NCBI GenBank assembly: GCA_963845755.1
Contig: CAWJTV010000037.1
Location: 1 to 64,000, forward strand
DNA: 64,000 bases
Direction of reading: 5' to 3'
Origin: an uncultured Planctomycetota bacterium
GTDB lineage: Bacteria > Planctomycetota > Planctomycetia > Isosphaerales > Isosphaeraceae
In this document: positions 43,049-51,914 of the stretch, one piece after another
Layout: each line of letters begins with the position of its first letter
Position numbering within the stretch: the first letter of the stretch is position 1
Notes under the pieces: generated by a model
What the model was told of the DNA's origin: nothing
What the model saw: the letters and a program-made list of their open reading frames with translations, nothing else
The model's database searches: none
Program-made: the position numbers and the translations under genes

Positions 43049-44427
43049 GGTTTCGTCTTCTCGTCATGGGAATAAGTCGATTCTCGGTCACGACGGAAAA
43101 CAGCGGCCGAAGGCCAGCAGCAACCTCGGCGAGCCCTTGATGCGGATCCTCCGGCGGAGGACGCCCAGAGGAGGCTGCGCTCCTTCGCGACGAATCCCAG
43201 CCAGGTTTCGGTATCGGTGATGACGTGAATCCCGGCGGTCCCTTGCAGCCCATTCTCGACCGAGATCGCCTGATCGCGGATCGTTACCGTGAAATCTCGC
43301 TGTTCCGCACCTGTCATTGTGAAGTGGAATGCGGCGTCGAGCCCGGCGGCCGGAGTCCGTTGAAAGGTCAGGGTCAGGCCGCGCAGGAAGGTGTCGATTG
43401 TACGGGCGTGGATCCCGTTGTGTACGCGCTTAACCCGTTTGGCCGGGAATCGCTTAGTCACGTGAATCTCGGCGTCGGACCCGCGAGTGACGTAGATCGT
43501 CTCCTCTTTGTCCTGGAGAGGGCGGACGACCTCTTTCACGAAACCGGCGCGATCGTCGAGAAACGGACCGAGGACGTCTTCACCGGCCGGGCAGACGGCC
43601 AGGCAATACGCGGCCTTGTAGTTGGCCCCGAACGACAGGCTCTGCCACATCGAGCTCGATTCGGAGGCGCTCACGCGACGTCGATAGTCGAGAGCATCAC
43701 GGCTCTCGGCGATCTCCTCGACCCAATCGGTGAATCCGCCCATGAATTCGCGGTAATTGTGGGTGAGGCAGGCCGAGAAATCGAAGTGTCCATCGGGCGC
43801 AATGGCTCCGACCGGGCAGGCCGCCACGCAGAGCTTGCACTCGAGGCAGGGGTTGTAGTCGATCGGCTGGTCGTATTCGGTGGCCTCGACGTCCAGGAGC
43901 ACCGTCCCCAGCAAGATGAAATTGCCGAAGCGAGGATGGATGACGTTGCGATGAATCCCCATGTGTCCCAGTCCCGCGGCCACCGCGACCGGCTTGTGGG
44001 ACACAATCCAGGTCTTGCCCGGGAACCGGTCCATCTCCATCGGGAACCCCATCGCCGGGTTCAACGCCCGGATCCCCTCTTGTTCGAGCGCCGCGACGAT
44101 CCGCCGCGCGACGGCGTTAACCTCGTCGCCAGTGTGATGGAACTCCAGATTGGCTACCGACCGCGCCGTGCTCCGGATCGGTTCACGGTTCATCCGGCAG
44201 AGGAACGAGAGCAACGTCCTGGTCTTGGGAAATGCGTTTACGATGTCCTCGCGCTGGGAGCCCAGGTCCGCCCGACCAATCTCCACCAGACCAACGTCAT
44301 CCGCCCCCGCCTCCCGCGCCAGACCTTTGAGCCATCCCGCTTCCACCGGCCCTGGACTCCTCCACGGAGGTTCAATCCCTGCTCCCTGGCGTACCCGCCG
44401 CACCGTGGGGTGGTCATCCAAACGCAT
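43045..44427 (-). CDS. QueG/reductive-dehalogenase-like 4Fe-4S protein fused to an SCP2 lipid-binding domain (frameshift near 43160)
   Basis: GADDVG, SHKPVAVAAGLG, CLECKLCVAACP, CLAVCP; C-terminal FHFTMTG..VTIRD..WLGFV. Confidence 0.8.
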   Translation of the reverse strand: MRLDDHPTVRRVRQGAGIEPPWRSPGPVEAGWLKGLAREAGADDVGLVEIGRADLGSQREDIVNAFPKTRTLLSFLCRMNREPIRSTARSVANLEFHHTGDEVNAVARRIVAALEQEGIRALNPAMGFPMEMDRFPGKTWIVSHKPVAVAAGLGHMGIHRNVIHPRFGNFILLGTVLLDVEATEYDQPIDYNPCLECKLCVAACPVGAIAPDGHFDFSACLTHNYREFMGGFTDWVEEIAESRDALDYRRRVSASESSSMWQSLSFGANYKAAYCLAVCPAGEDVLGPFLDDRAGFVKEVVRPLQDKEETIYVTRGSDAEIHVTKRFPAKRVKRVHNGIHARTIDTFLRGLTLTFQRTPAAGLDAAFHFTMTGAEQRDFTVTIRDQAISVENGLQGTAGIHVITDTETWLGFVAKERSLLWASSAGGSASRARRGCCWPSAAVFRRDRESTYSHDEKTKP

Positions 44428-44478
44428 CGGTAACTCCTTGTTTTTTGTAGATACAAGAATCGAGCCGAGAAAAAAGGC

Positions 44479-44933
44479 TCACGTCTGTGACCCTTCAGCC
44501 GGCAATCTGTGGACGGCCTCGATCAGCAAGTTTGCGCCGGCCTCGCCTAGGATCGCGCGGGCCTGGGCCTGGGCCAGTTCCCATGCGGGGATAGATCGCT
44601 TCAGTAGGCTCATTCCCTCATCCGTGACGCGTAGGGGCTGCGCCGCGCATCGGCATCGGGGACGACTTCGAGCCAGCCGTGAGCGACCATTCGCTCGGCG
44701 TTCCGGCTCAAGGTCGAGGTGTCCATGTGCAGAATGTCACAGAGCCGACCGGGCCGGGCCACCCCCAACTTGGCCGTCACGACCAGGATATTCATCTGGC
44801 TGACCTTCACCCCCAGTGACCGCATGGTTTCATCGTAAAGGCTGGTGATCGCCCGATTCAGAATCCGGACCCTCGCCGCGAGGCATTCGCCAGCAACCCG
44901 GTCCACCACGCATTGATCCAGTTGGTCGCTCAT
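44479..44933 (-). CDS. MarR-family transcriptional regulator (frameshift near 44640)
   Basis: CLAARVRILNRAITSLYD, MDTSTLSRN, DAR; heads the Fe-S/cupin operon. Confidence 0.88.
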
Positions 44934-45041
44934 TTGCTTCGCCACTCCGATCCCTCCAACTCGTTCATTGTATATACAATGAATGACTCGGTCAAGGGGA
45001 TCGGCGGCCAAGACGTGGGAGCCGAGGCAGGGACCTCGTCG

Positions 45042-45398
45042 TCAGAACAAGCGACTTCCGGGATACCATCGTGAGATAGCGATCGAGCGGAGCCAGATCA
45101 ACGCGAGCAGATTCAGCACCTTGACCCAGACGAGCCAGGATTGGAGCACGTACGCCTCGCGGAAATCGGTCAGCCCGAAAGTGAAGAATGCGAGGCTATA
45201 AAGGATCTCCCACCGCGATCGGCGGGACCTCACGTATCGCCGGATGACCAGTCCGGCGAAGACGAGCCAGCACGCACCCTCGAAAAGATTGAAGATGTGA
45301 TACGGAATCGAGAACCACGGGTCCATTGGGTCGGGATAGTTCCACCAGACCCGAAACCAGAGAAACTCCGTCACCGCATGGAAACTCATTCTGGTCAT
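45042..45398 (-). CDS. Small integral membrane hypothetical protein
   Basis: Three hydrophobic segments; FNLFEG..FGLTDFRE; start uncertain. Confidence 0.6.
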   Translation of the reverse strand: MTRMSFHAVTEFLWFRVWWNYPDPMDPWFSIPYHIFNLFEGACWLVFAGLVIRRYVRSRRSRWEILYSLAFFTFGLTDFREAYVLQSWLVWVKVLNLLALIWLRSIAISRWYPGSRLF

Positions 45399-45585
45399 TC
45401 CGAGCGCGCTTGGATCAGGTTTGTTGGGGGCGATGCTCCCGTCCGGGTTTTCTCTGCGTGGCCATAGAACACCGGAGTCACCGATTAACCCCGCTGTGAG
45501 CCCTTGATAAAATGCACCCAGTCCTACGCAGATCTCGGTGAACTGATTCTCCGCGCGCCCCCACCCACCGGAACGAGGCGATGTC

Positions 45586-45924
45586 ATGAGAAGTCCCAGC
45601 GACGCGGTGATGGCCAAGCGGATGCTGGAAACCCGCAGGGAAGGTGGTTACCGTCTGGACAGCTCTCTCCGAAAAAGTGTCAAGCGATATCTTATCATGG
45701 CGATCGGCTTCGGAGCAGGCCTCGCTCTCATTGCGTCAACCGGCAACTGGGTCGCCATCGCGTTCTGCCTGGGGCTGATTCTGGGTGCCTGGCTCCGCGA
45801 TTTTGCCTGGCACCTCGCGAGCCAGCGAGCCTGGCCATTCACCGCCAAGATCATCAATCGGGAAATCGTGGAGAACGTGCCGGATCTCGACTCGGTGAGT
45901 TCCGACCGTGCACGAACCGTCTGA
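45586..45924 (+). CDS. Small membrane hypothetical protein
   Basis: Two TM helices, WPFTAKIIN; GAGG RBS. Confidence 0.6.
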   Translation: MRSPSDAVMAKRMLETRREGGYRLDSSLRKSVKRYLIMAIGFGAGLALIASTGNWVAIAFCLGLILGAWLRDFAWHLASQRAWPFTAKIINREIVENVPDLDSVSSDRARTV

Positions 45925-46033
45925 CGTCCGGCCGAAGGCCGCATGAAGCTGTCGCCCGAACCTGAAAGTTCCGACTGGTCTCTGATCCGAAAAGGGCTTG
46001 ATCGCGGTCTGACCTCAGAGAAGGAGAAACCGG

Positions 46034-47131
46034 ATGAGCACGTTGGTCGTCGAGGTCTGCGAGGTCAAGGCGGTCTATCCCCACCCGAACGCCGACGTTC
46101 TCGAATTCGTCACGGTCAAGGGCTGGCCGGTCATCGTCCAGAAGGCGCTGGGCTTGAATGTCGGCGATCGGGTGGTCTACTTCCCGCCCGACAGTGTCAT
46201 GACCTCCGAGCTGGCCGATCGGCTGGGAATCACCAAGTATCTCGCCCAGTTGCCCGCGGAGATCGACGGCACGCGAAAGCCCGGTTTTCGGGTCCGCGCG
46301 GCCCGGTTACGGGGGGAGGCGAGCTACGGGACGATCGATCACCAGGTCGACCCGGCCTGGGAGGTCGGCCGGGACGTCAAGGATCATTACGGCGTAACCA
46401 AATTCGAGCCGCCTATCCGGCCCAGCGACGGGGATTCCCTGCGATCGATGGCCGCCTTCCACGGGTACACGGATATCGAGAACATCCGCAACTTTCCGGA
46501 CGTGCTCCGGCCGGGCGAGGAGGTCGTCATCACGGAGAAGCTCCATGGCAAGAACTGCCGGCTGGGCCTGATTCGGGTCTCGAGCGCCGAAGGCGAAACG
46601 TTCGAGTTCATGGCGGGATCCAACGACGTCCGGCGGAAAGAAGTCAACTCCAAAGGGAGGCCGTCCGACTTCTGGCGTCCGTTGACTGACGCCGTTCGCA
46701 ACCTCTTGCGCGACGTCAGCGGAGGCGAGCGGAGCGCGATCCTCTTCGGCGAACTCTACGGGAGCGGAGTCCAGGACATGGCCTACGGACTCGCCAACGG
46801 CGCCAAGGGGTTCCGGGCGTTTGACATCGCCGTCGATGGCAAGTACCTCGACTATGACCAGAAAACTGCGGCGCTGGATCGCTTCGGCGTGGAACTGGTG
46901 CCGCATCTTTACAGGGGGCCGTTCTCATGGGAGGCCATCGAGAAGCACACGTACGGCCCGACGACCCTGTGCGCACCGGATGTGGCAGGACGGTTCGAAG
47001 GCCGAGAAGGCTGCGTCGTGACTCCGGTGAAAGAGCGGTATGACGCGGACTTGGGAGGCACCGGCCGTGTCATCCTCAAATCGATCTCGGCCGATTACCT
47101 GGCGCGTAAGGGAGGTACGGACGAGCATTGA
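46034..47131 (+). CDS. ATP-dependent RNA ligase, DRB0094 family (N-terminal OB fold plus nucleotidyltransferase)
   Basis: HPNADVLE N-terminus; motif I TEKLHG, GELYG, FRAFDI, REGCVV, ILKSIS; AAGGAG RBS. Confidence 0.92.
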   Translation: MSTLVVEVCEVKAVYPHPNADVLEFVTVKGWPVIVQKALGLNVGDRVVYFPPDSVMTSELADRLGITKYLAQLPAEIDGTRKPGFRVRAARLRGEASYGTIDHQVDPAWEVGRDVKDHYGVTKFEPPIRPSDGDSLRSMAAFHGYTDIENIRNFPDVLRPGEEVVITEKLHGKNCRLGLIRVSSAEGETFEFMAGSNDVRRKEVNSKGRPSDFWRPLTDAVRNLLRDVSGGERSAILFGELYGSGVQDMAYGLANGAKGFRAFDIAVDGKYLDYDQKTAALDRFGVELVPHLYRGPFSWEAIEKHTYGPTTLCAPDVAGRFEGREGCVVTPVKERYDADLGGTGRVILKSISADYLARKGGTDEH

Positions 47132-47140
47132 GTACCGTGT

Positions 47141-48481
47141 TCAGTGTTCAAAGAGGACACTCTTCGCAGCGGACTCACCGGCGAGCCATCCCGTGCTCCA
47201 GGCCGCCTGGAAGTTATAACCGCCGATGAGTCCGTCGAGATCCAGGACCTCGCCGGCGAAGTGCAAGCCCGGAACGAGGCGGCTTTCGAGAGTCCTGGGA
47301 TCGACTTCGTCGAGAGCGATACCGCCGCTGGTCACTTCGGCCTTCTCGAATCCGAGCGTTCCGCGGACCGGGAGTGACAGCCCCTTCATCACGTCGACCA
47401 CCCGTCGGCGCTCGTCGCGTGACAGGTCCGGTCCCATCCGGTCCACCGAGATTGCCGCGGTAATCGCCATGCACTCCGCCAGCCGGCGCGGGATAACCTC
47501 GGGCAAGAGGGAGATCAGGGGCCGTCGCCCCTGTCGGCATGAAAGCTGGAGCGTGCGATCCAGCTCGTCGCGGGAGGCGTCGGGGATCAGGTCCAGCCGG
47601 AGGAATAATCGCTCGGGATCGTCGGACCGCGCCACGGCTCGGCTGACGTCGAGGATCGCCGGTCCGCTGAGTCCGAAGTGGGCAAATAGCACCGCCTCGC
47701 GACGCTCCTGGAGTTTCTCGCCATCGGTCATGTGGACCGAGGCGATCACGTCGGCTAGACTGATCCCCTTCAAGCTGGAAACCCAGTCCATGCCAACCCG
47801 GATGGGTACGAGAGCCGGCCGGGTCTCGACGATCGTATGGCCGAATCGGCGCGCGATGTCGTAGCCATCCCCCGTAGTTCCGCAGCCCGGATAGGACCGC
47901 CCACCCACCGTGACGATCACCCGGCCCGCGGAGACCGTCGAGTCCGGTAGCCGGACCAAGAATCCCGGGGACGGTACGCTCAGCTCCGCGATCGGATCGA
48001 TCGCCCGGGCAGGGCTCAGGCAGTGTAGTGAGGCACCCGACCGTTCGAGACGCCGCAAGAGGGCCTCCAGTACGTCAGTCGCCCGGTCCGAGACCGGAAA
48101 GACCTTACCATTGCCCTCGACCTTGGTCGCAACTCCTGCTTCTTCGAACACTCGAATGGTCGCATCGACGTCCAGTCGACGCAGCGCCGGACCGAGGAAC
48201 GCCCCATTCGGACCGAACGCCTCCTGAATGGCGCGGAGACCTCGACACCGAGCGGGATCGTAGGCCAGGTCGACTGGTCCTGAGATGGCGTCGAGTCGGC
48301 GAAGGCCTCGCGCATTGGTCAGATTGCATCGCGTGCCGCCCGAGATCAGGATCTTTACACCCGCCCGGCGATTCTTCTCGAGCAAGACGACTCGCGCGCC
48401 GCAATCCGCAGCACGGGACGCAGCGATCAGGCCCGCAGCGCCGGCGCCCACGACAGCGACGTCATAATCGAAAGGCGTCAA
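47141..48481 (-). CDS. HI0933/YhiN-family NAD(P)/FAD oxidoreductase
   Basis: VVGAGAAGL, KILISGGTRCNLTN, HFGLSGPAILD, AGEVLDLDGLIGGYNFQAAWSTG. Confidence 0.95.
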   Translation of the reverse strand: MTPFDYDVAVVGAGAAGLIAASRAADCGARVVLLEKNRRAGVKILISGGTRCNLTNARGLRRLDAISGPVDLAYDPARCRGLRAIQEAFGPNGAFLGPALRRLDVDATIRVFEEAGVATKVEGNGKVFPVSDRATDVLEALLRRLERSGASLHCLSPARAIDPIAELSVPSPGFLVRLPDSTVSAGRVIVTVGGRSYPGCGTTGDGYDIARRFGHTIVETRPALVPIRVGMDWVSSLKGISLADVIASVHMTDGEKLQERREAVLFAHFGLSGPAILDVSRAVARSDDPERLFLRLDLIPDASRDELDRTLQLSCRQGRRPLISLLPEVIPRRLAECMAITAAISVDRMGPDLSRDERRRVVDVMKGLSLPVRGTLGFEKAEVTSGGIALDEVDPRTLESRLVPGLHFAGEVLDLDGLIGGYNFQAAWSTGWLAGESAAKSVLFEH

Positions 48482-48608
48482 TTCCACTCCGGAGCGAGGC
48501 GGACCACGAGATCCCTTCGCAGAACACGAAGCGTACTCGAAGCCCCTGGATGCATGCAAAATGCGCTTCGGTGTGAGGCCAAATCGTCGTAAGTTGTTGC
48601 AGCAAAAG

Positions 48609-48681
48609 CGCACCCGGTAGGATTCGAACCTACAACCTTCGGATTCGAAGTCCGCGACTCTATCCGTTGAGCTACGGGCGC
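48609..48681 (-). tRNA. tRNA-Arg (anticodon UCG), CCA not encoded
   Basis: GCGCCCG acceptor, GCTC-AACGGATA-GAGT D arm, CGGA-CTTCGAA-TCCG anticodon arm, GTAGG-TTCGAAT-CCTAC T arm. Confidence 0.95.
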
Positions 48682-48950
48682 CTGTCCTATCAACTATACC
48701 GATCGCGTCGCCGCTCGCAAGTCCCGCAGGAGGAGGACAATCTTCCTGGCCACTCAGGACAGGCCAGACGACCTCGCGCGGCTCTGGGGCCGATCTTCTC
48801 AGCGACGGTCCAGACCAGCACTAGCCCGCAACGCGGCAATCGATCACAATGGAGGAACGTCGAGTCGTTCTCCCCTTTGAGTTCCGGACTTGTTCGAGTC
48901 CGTAAGATTCTTGTGAACGAGCATTCTTCGCCTTACTGCCGGAAAGGCTT

Positions 48951-50372
48951 ATGTCGAAATCACCTACGATCTCCTTCGTTAGCCTAGGTTGTTCCAAGAA
49001 CACGGTCGATTCCGAGAGGATGCTGGGTTTGCTGGCCCAGGAAGGTTGCGCGATCGTGCCCGACTCGCAGCCGGCCGACCTGGTGGTCATCAATACCTGC
49101 GGATTCATCGACGCGGCGCACCAGGAATCGATCGGCGTGATCGAGGAGATGCTCGAACGCAAGCGGTTGGGCCGGATCCAAGGAGTGATCGTGGCGGGCT
49201 GCTTGGCCGAGCGCCAGAAAGAGAGCCTGCTCGAGCAGTTCCCCGAGGTCAACCACGTCATCGGCGTGTTCGGGCGTGAGGAGATCGCCCAGGTGGCGAG
49301 TCGGTTGCTCGGCGGTCTCCAGGAACAGCGGAGTTTGTTTCGCCCCGCAGCGATCCAGGCGCAGGACGACCGCGCCCGACTGCGCATCACACCGCGACAC
49401 CTGGCGTACCTCAAGGTCTCCGAAGGCTGCGACCGGCTCTGTACCTTCTGCGCCATCCCTATGATGCGCGGCAAGCATATCACCAAGCCCATCGAGATGG
49501 TGGTCGACGAGGCCCAGGAGCTGGCTGGCGACGGCGTCCGCGAGCTGGTTCTCGTTGCCCAGGACATGACCTACTATGGGCTGGACCTCTACGGCCGCCC
49601 CCGGCTCGCCGAGCTGCTCCACGAGCTCGACCAGATCGAGGGGATCGACTGGATCCGGATTCTCTACTGCTACCCCCAGTTCTTCACCGACGAACTCTAC
49701 GAGGTCTTGGGACAATCGCGGAAGATCATACCGTACCTTGACATGCCGCTCCAGCACATCAACGACCGGCTGCTCAGGATGATGAACCGACGGCACACGC
49801 GGCAAGAGACCGAGTCGATCATCGAGAGGCTGCGAGCGACGATTCCAGGGCTGGTGCTGCGAACGACTTTCATCGTGGGATTCCCGGGCGAGTTGGAGGC
49901 CGAGTTCGTCGAGCTGGTCGATTTCGTCCAGGCGACGCGTTTCGAGCGACTAGGCGTGTTCACCTACTCGCACGAGCCGGACACTCCGGCGGCCAGGCTG
50001 CCGGACCGTCTGCCGGCCGAAGTCGCCTTGGAACGCCGGGACCGGCTGATGGCCGTACAGCAGCCCATGGCGTTCGCCTTCAATCGTGAGCTCGTGGGTC
50101 GGCGTCTGGACGTGCTGATCGATGCCCCAGCGCCTGAGGGAAAGACCCTCTGGCGCGGCCGCACGTACGCCGATGCGCCCGATGTCAACGGCGTGACCTG
50201 GGTGAAAGGGGCCCATCTGAGCCCGGGTGACCTCGTGTCTTGCGATATCGTCGGGGCGGAAGGCTACGACCTGATCGCCCAGGCGCCGTCCGTACCCCCG
50301 CCCAGAAATCGCAGGGCGCGGCCAATGCCCCGTCGCAAACCGTCTGGCTCATCGTTGGTGATTCTCCAGTAG
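48951..50372 (+). CDS. rimO: Ribosomal protein S12 methylthiotransferase RimO
   Basis: VSLGCSKNTVDSE, INTCGFI, AYLKVSEGCDRLCTFC, YLDMPLQH, TRAM domain. Confidence 0.96.
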   Translation: MSKSPTISFVSLGCSKNTVDSERMLGLLAQEGCAIVPDSQPADLVVINTCGFIDAAHQESIGVIEEMLERKRLGRIQGVIVAGCLAERQKESLLEQFPEVNHVIGVFGREEIAQVASRLLGGLQEQRSLFRPAAIQAQDDRARLRITPRHLAYLKVSEGCDRLCTFCAIPMMRGKHITKPIEMVVDEAQELAGDGVRELVLVAQDMTYYGLDLYGRPRLAELLHELDQIEGIDWIRILYCYPQFFTDELYEVLGQSRKIIPYLDMPLQHINDRLLRMMNRRHTRQETESIIERLRATIPGLVLRTTFIVGFPGELEAEFVELVDFVQATRFERLGVFTYSHEPDTPAARLPDRLPAEVALERRDRLMAVQQPMAFAFNRELVGRRLDVLIDAPAPEGKTLWRGRTYADAPDVNGVTWVKGAHLSPGDLVSCDIVGAEGYDLIAQAPSVPPPRNRRARPMPRRKPSGSSLVILQ

Positions 50373-50394
50373 GCCGTAGTCGGTGAGGGCTCCT

Positions 50395-50997
50395 ATGAAC
50401 CGAACCGAGAACGCCTCCATGACAGTCGACCGGGTGCGACGGCGGTTCTGGAACGTCCCGAACACGCTGACCATCAGCCGGCTCGTACTGGCCCTCGGTG
50501 TCTTCTCGCTGATCGAGTACGAATTCTACGCCTGGGCTCTGGCGATCTTCGTGATCGCGTCGGCGACGGACGCCCTGGACGGCTACTTCGCACGGCTGCT
50601 CAAACAGGACACGCCGCTGGGCCGCCAGCTCGACCCCTTGATCGACAAGGTGATCGTGGCGGGCGGATACATCTACCTGGCGACGATCGAAGGCACGGGG
50701 GTCAGGGCGTGGATGGTCACGGCGATCGTGATTCGGGAGTTGTTGATCCAGGGACTGCGCAGTCACCTGGAGGGGCAGGGGCACGCCTTCGGGGCCCGCG
50801 CCGCGGGAAAACTCAAGACGGTGGTCCAGTGCGTCTCGATCTCGGCCGTCCTGCTGGTCCTTGCCCTGAGCCCCCCTGCCCCGCCGGCGCTCGTGCTATC
50901 CCGCGATATTCTGACGTGGCTCGCCGTGGCGCTGACTCTCTACAGTGGCCTGAGCTACATCTGGATCGCCTTGCCCAGCCTGCGCGGCGAGTCGTGA
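50395..50997 (+). CDS. pgsA: CDP-diacylglycerol--glycerol-3-phosphate 3-phosphatidyltransferase
   Basis: NVPNTLTISR, TDALDGYFAR..LGRQLDPLIDK, GKLKT; follows rimO. Confidence 0.93.
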   Translation: MNRTENASMTVDRVRRRFWNVPNTLTISRLVLALGVFSLIEYEFYAWALAIFVIASATDALDGYFARLLKQDTPLGRQLDPLIDKVIVAGGYIYLATIEGTGVRAWMVTAIVIRELLIQGLRSHLEGQGHAFGARAAGKLKTVVQCVSISAVLLVLALSPPAPPALVLSRDILTWLAVALTLYSGLSYIWIALPSLRGES

Positions 50998-51048
50998 CGT
51001 GCTTCGTCCGACGCCATTCAACTCCTTCATCCGAAGTGGGAAAACTCG

Positions 51049-51882
51049 ATGGAATGGTTGGAATCGCTGGTCCTCGGTCTGGTCCAGGGCATCACCGAAT
51101 TCTTGCCGGTCTCGAGCGACGGCCACCTGCTGGTCACACAGAACGTTTTCGCCCGCATCACGGGCGTGTCGCGCCCTGGTAAGGAAAACCTGTTCTTCGA
51201 TGTGATGCTCCACCTCGGGACGACCGCCGCGATCCTGGTCTACAACCGGGAGCCCATCGCGAAGGGTCTCCGCGGGCTGCTGGGAGCCGTTGATGTCCCG
51301 GCGGGGTTCCGACGCGCCGAGCTGATCCGCGTCGGCCTGCTGGCGGTGGTCGCGACCTCGCCGTTGGTCCCGCTGGCGCTGGGACTCAAGGACAAGATCG
51401 AGGCGACATTCGAGGGAACCACGGTGGCCGGGTATGGGTTTCTGGTGACGGCGGTCGTCCTGTTGACCACGGCTTGGCTGAGCCGTCGCGAAGGGACCAA
51501 AGGGCCCGCCGAGATGAACTGGCTCGATGCCCTGATCATTGGCCTGGCACAGATGGTCGCCCCGCTGCCAGGAGTTAGCCGGAGCGGCATGACCATCGCC
51601 GCAGCCTTGGCGCTCGGGCTGTCTCGCTCATGGGCCGTCGGCTTCAGCCTGCTCATTGCCGTCCCCGCGATCCTCGGCGCGGCGGTGTTCGAGCTCAGGC
51701 ACGTCGATCCCGCCATGCTCACGCCCGATCGATTGGCCCAAACGATCGCCGCCACGGCGATGGCGGGAGTGGTCGGCTATTTCGCAATCCGATGGTTGTT
51801 CAAAGTTGTCCGCTCTGGTCATATCTGGTATTTTTCTGTATACTTGGTGGTGTTGGCGATCGTGGTCCTGACCGCATTCTGA
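51049..51882 (+). CDS. uppP: Undecaprenyl-diphosphate phosphatase
   Basis: QGITEFLPVSSDGHL, PGVSRSGMT. Confidence 0.95.
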   Translation: MEWLESLVLGLVQGITEFLPVSSDGHLLVTQNVFARITGVSRPGKENLFFDVMLHLGTTAAILVYNREPIAKGLRGLLGAVDVPAGFRRAELIRVGLLAVVATSPLVPLALGLKDKIEATFEGTTVAGYGFLVTAVVLLTTAWLSRREGTKGPAEMNWLDALIIGLAQMVAPLPGVSRSGMTIAAALALGLSRSWAVGFSLLIAVPAILGAAVFELRHVDPAMLTPDRLAQTIAATAMAGVVGYFAIRWLFKVVRSGHIWYFSVYLVVLAIVVLTAF

Positions 51883-51914
51883 CCGCGTTACAATCAGGCG
51901 ACGGGGGCTTCCCG

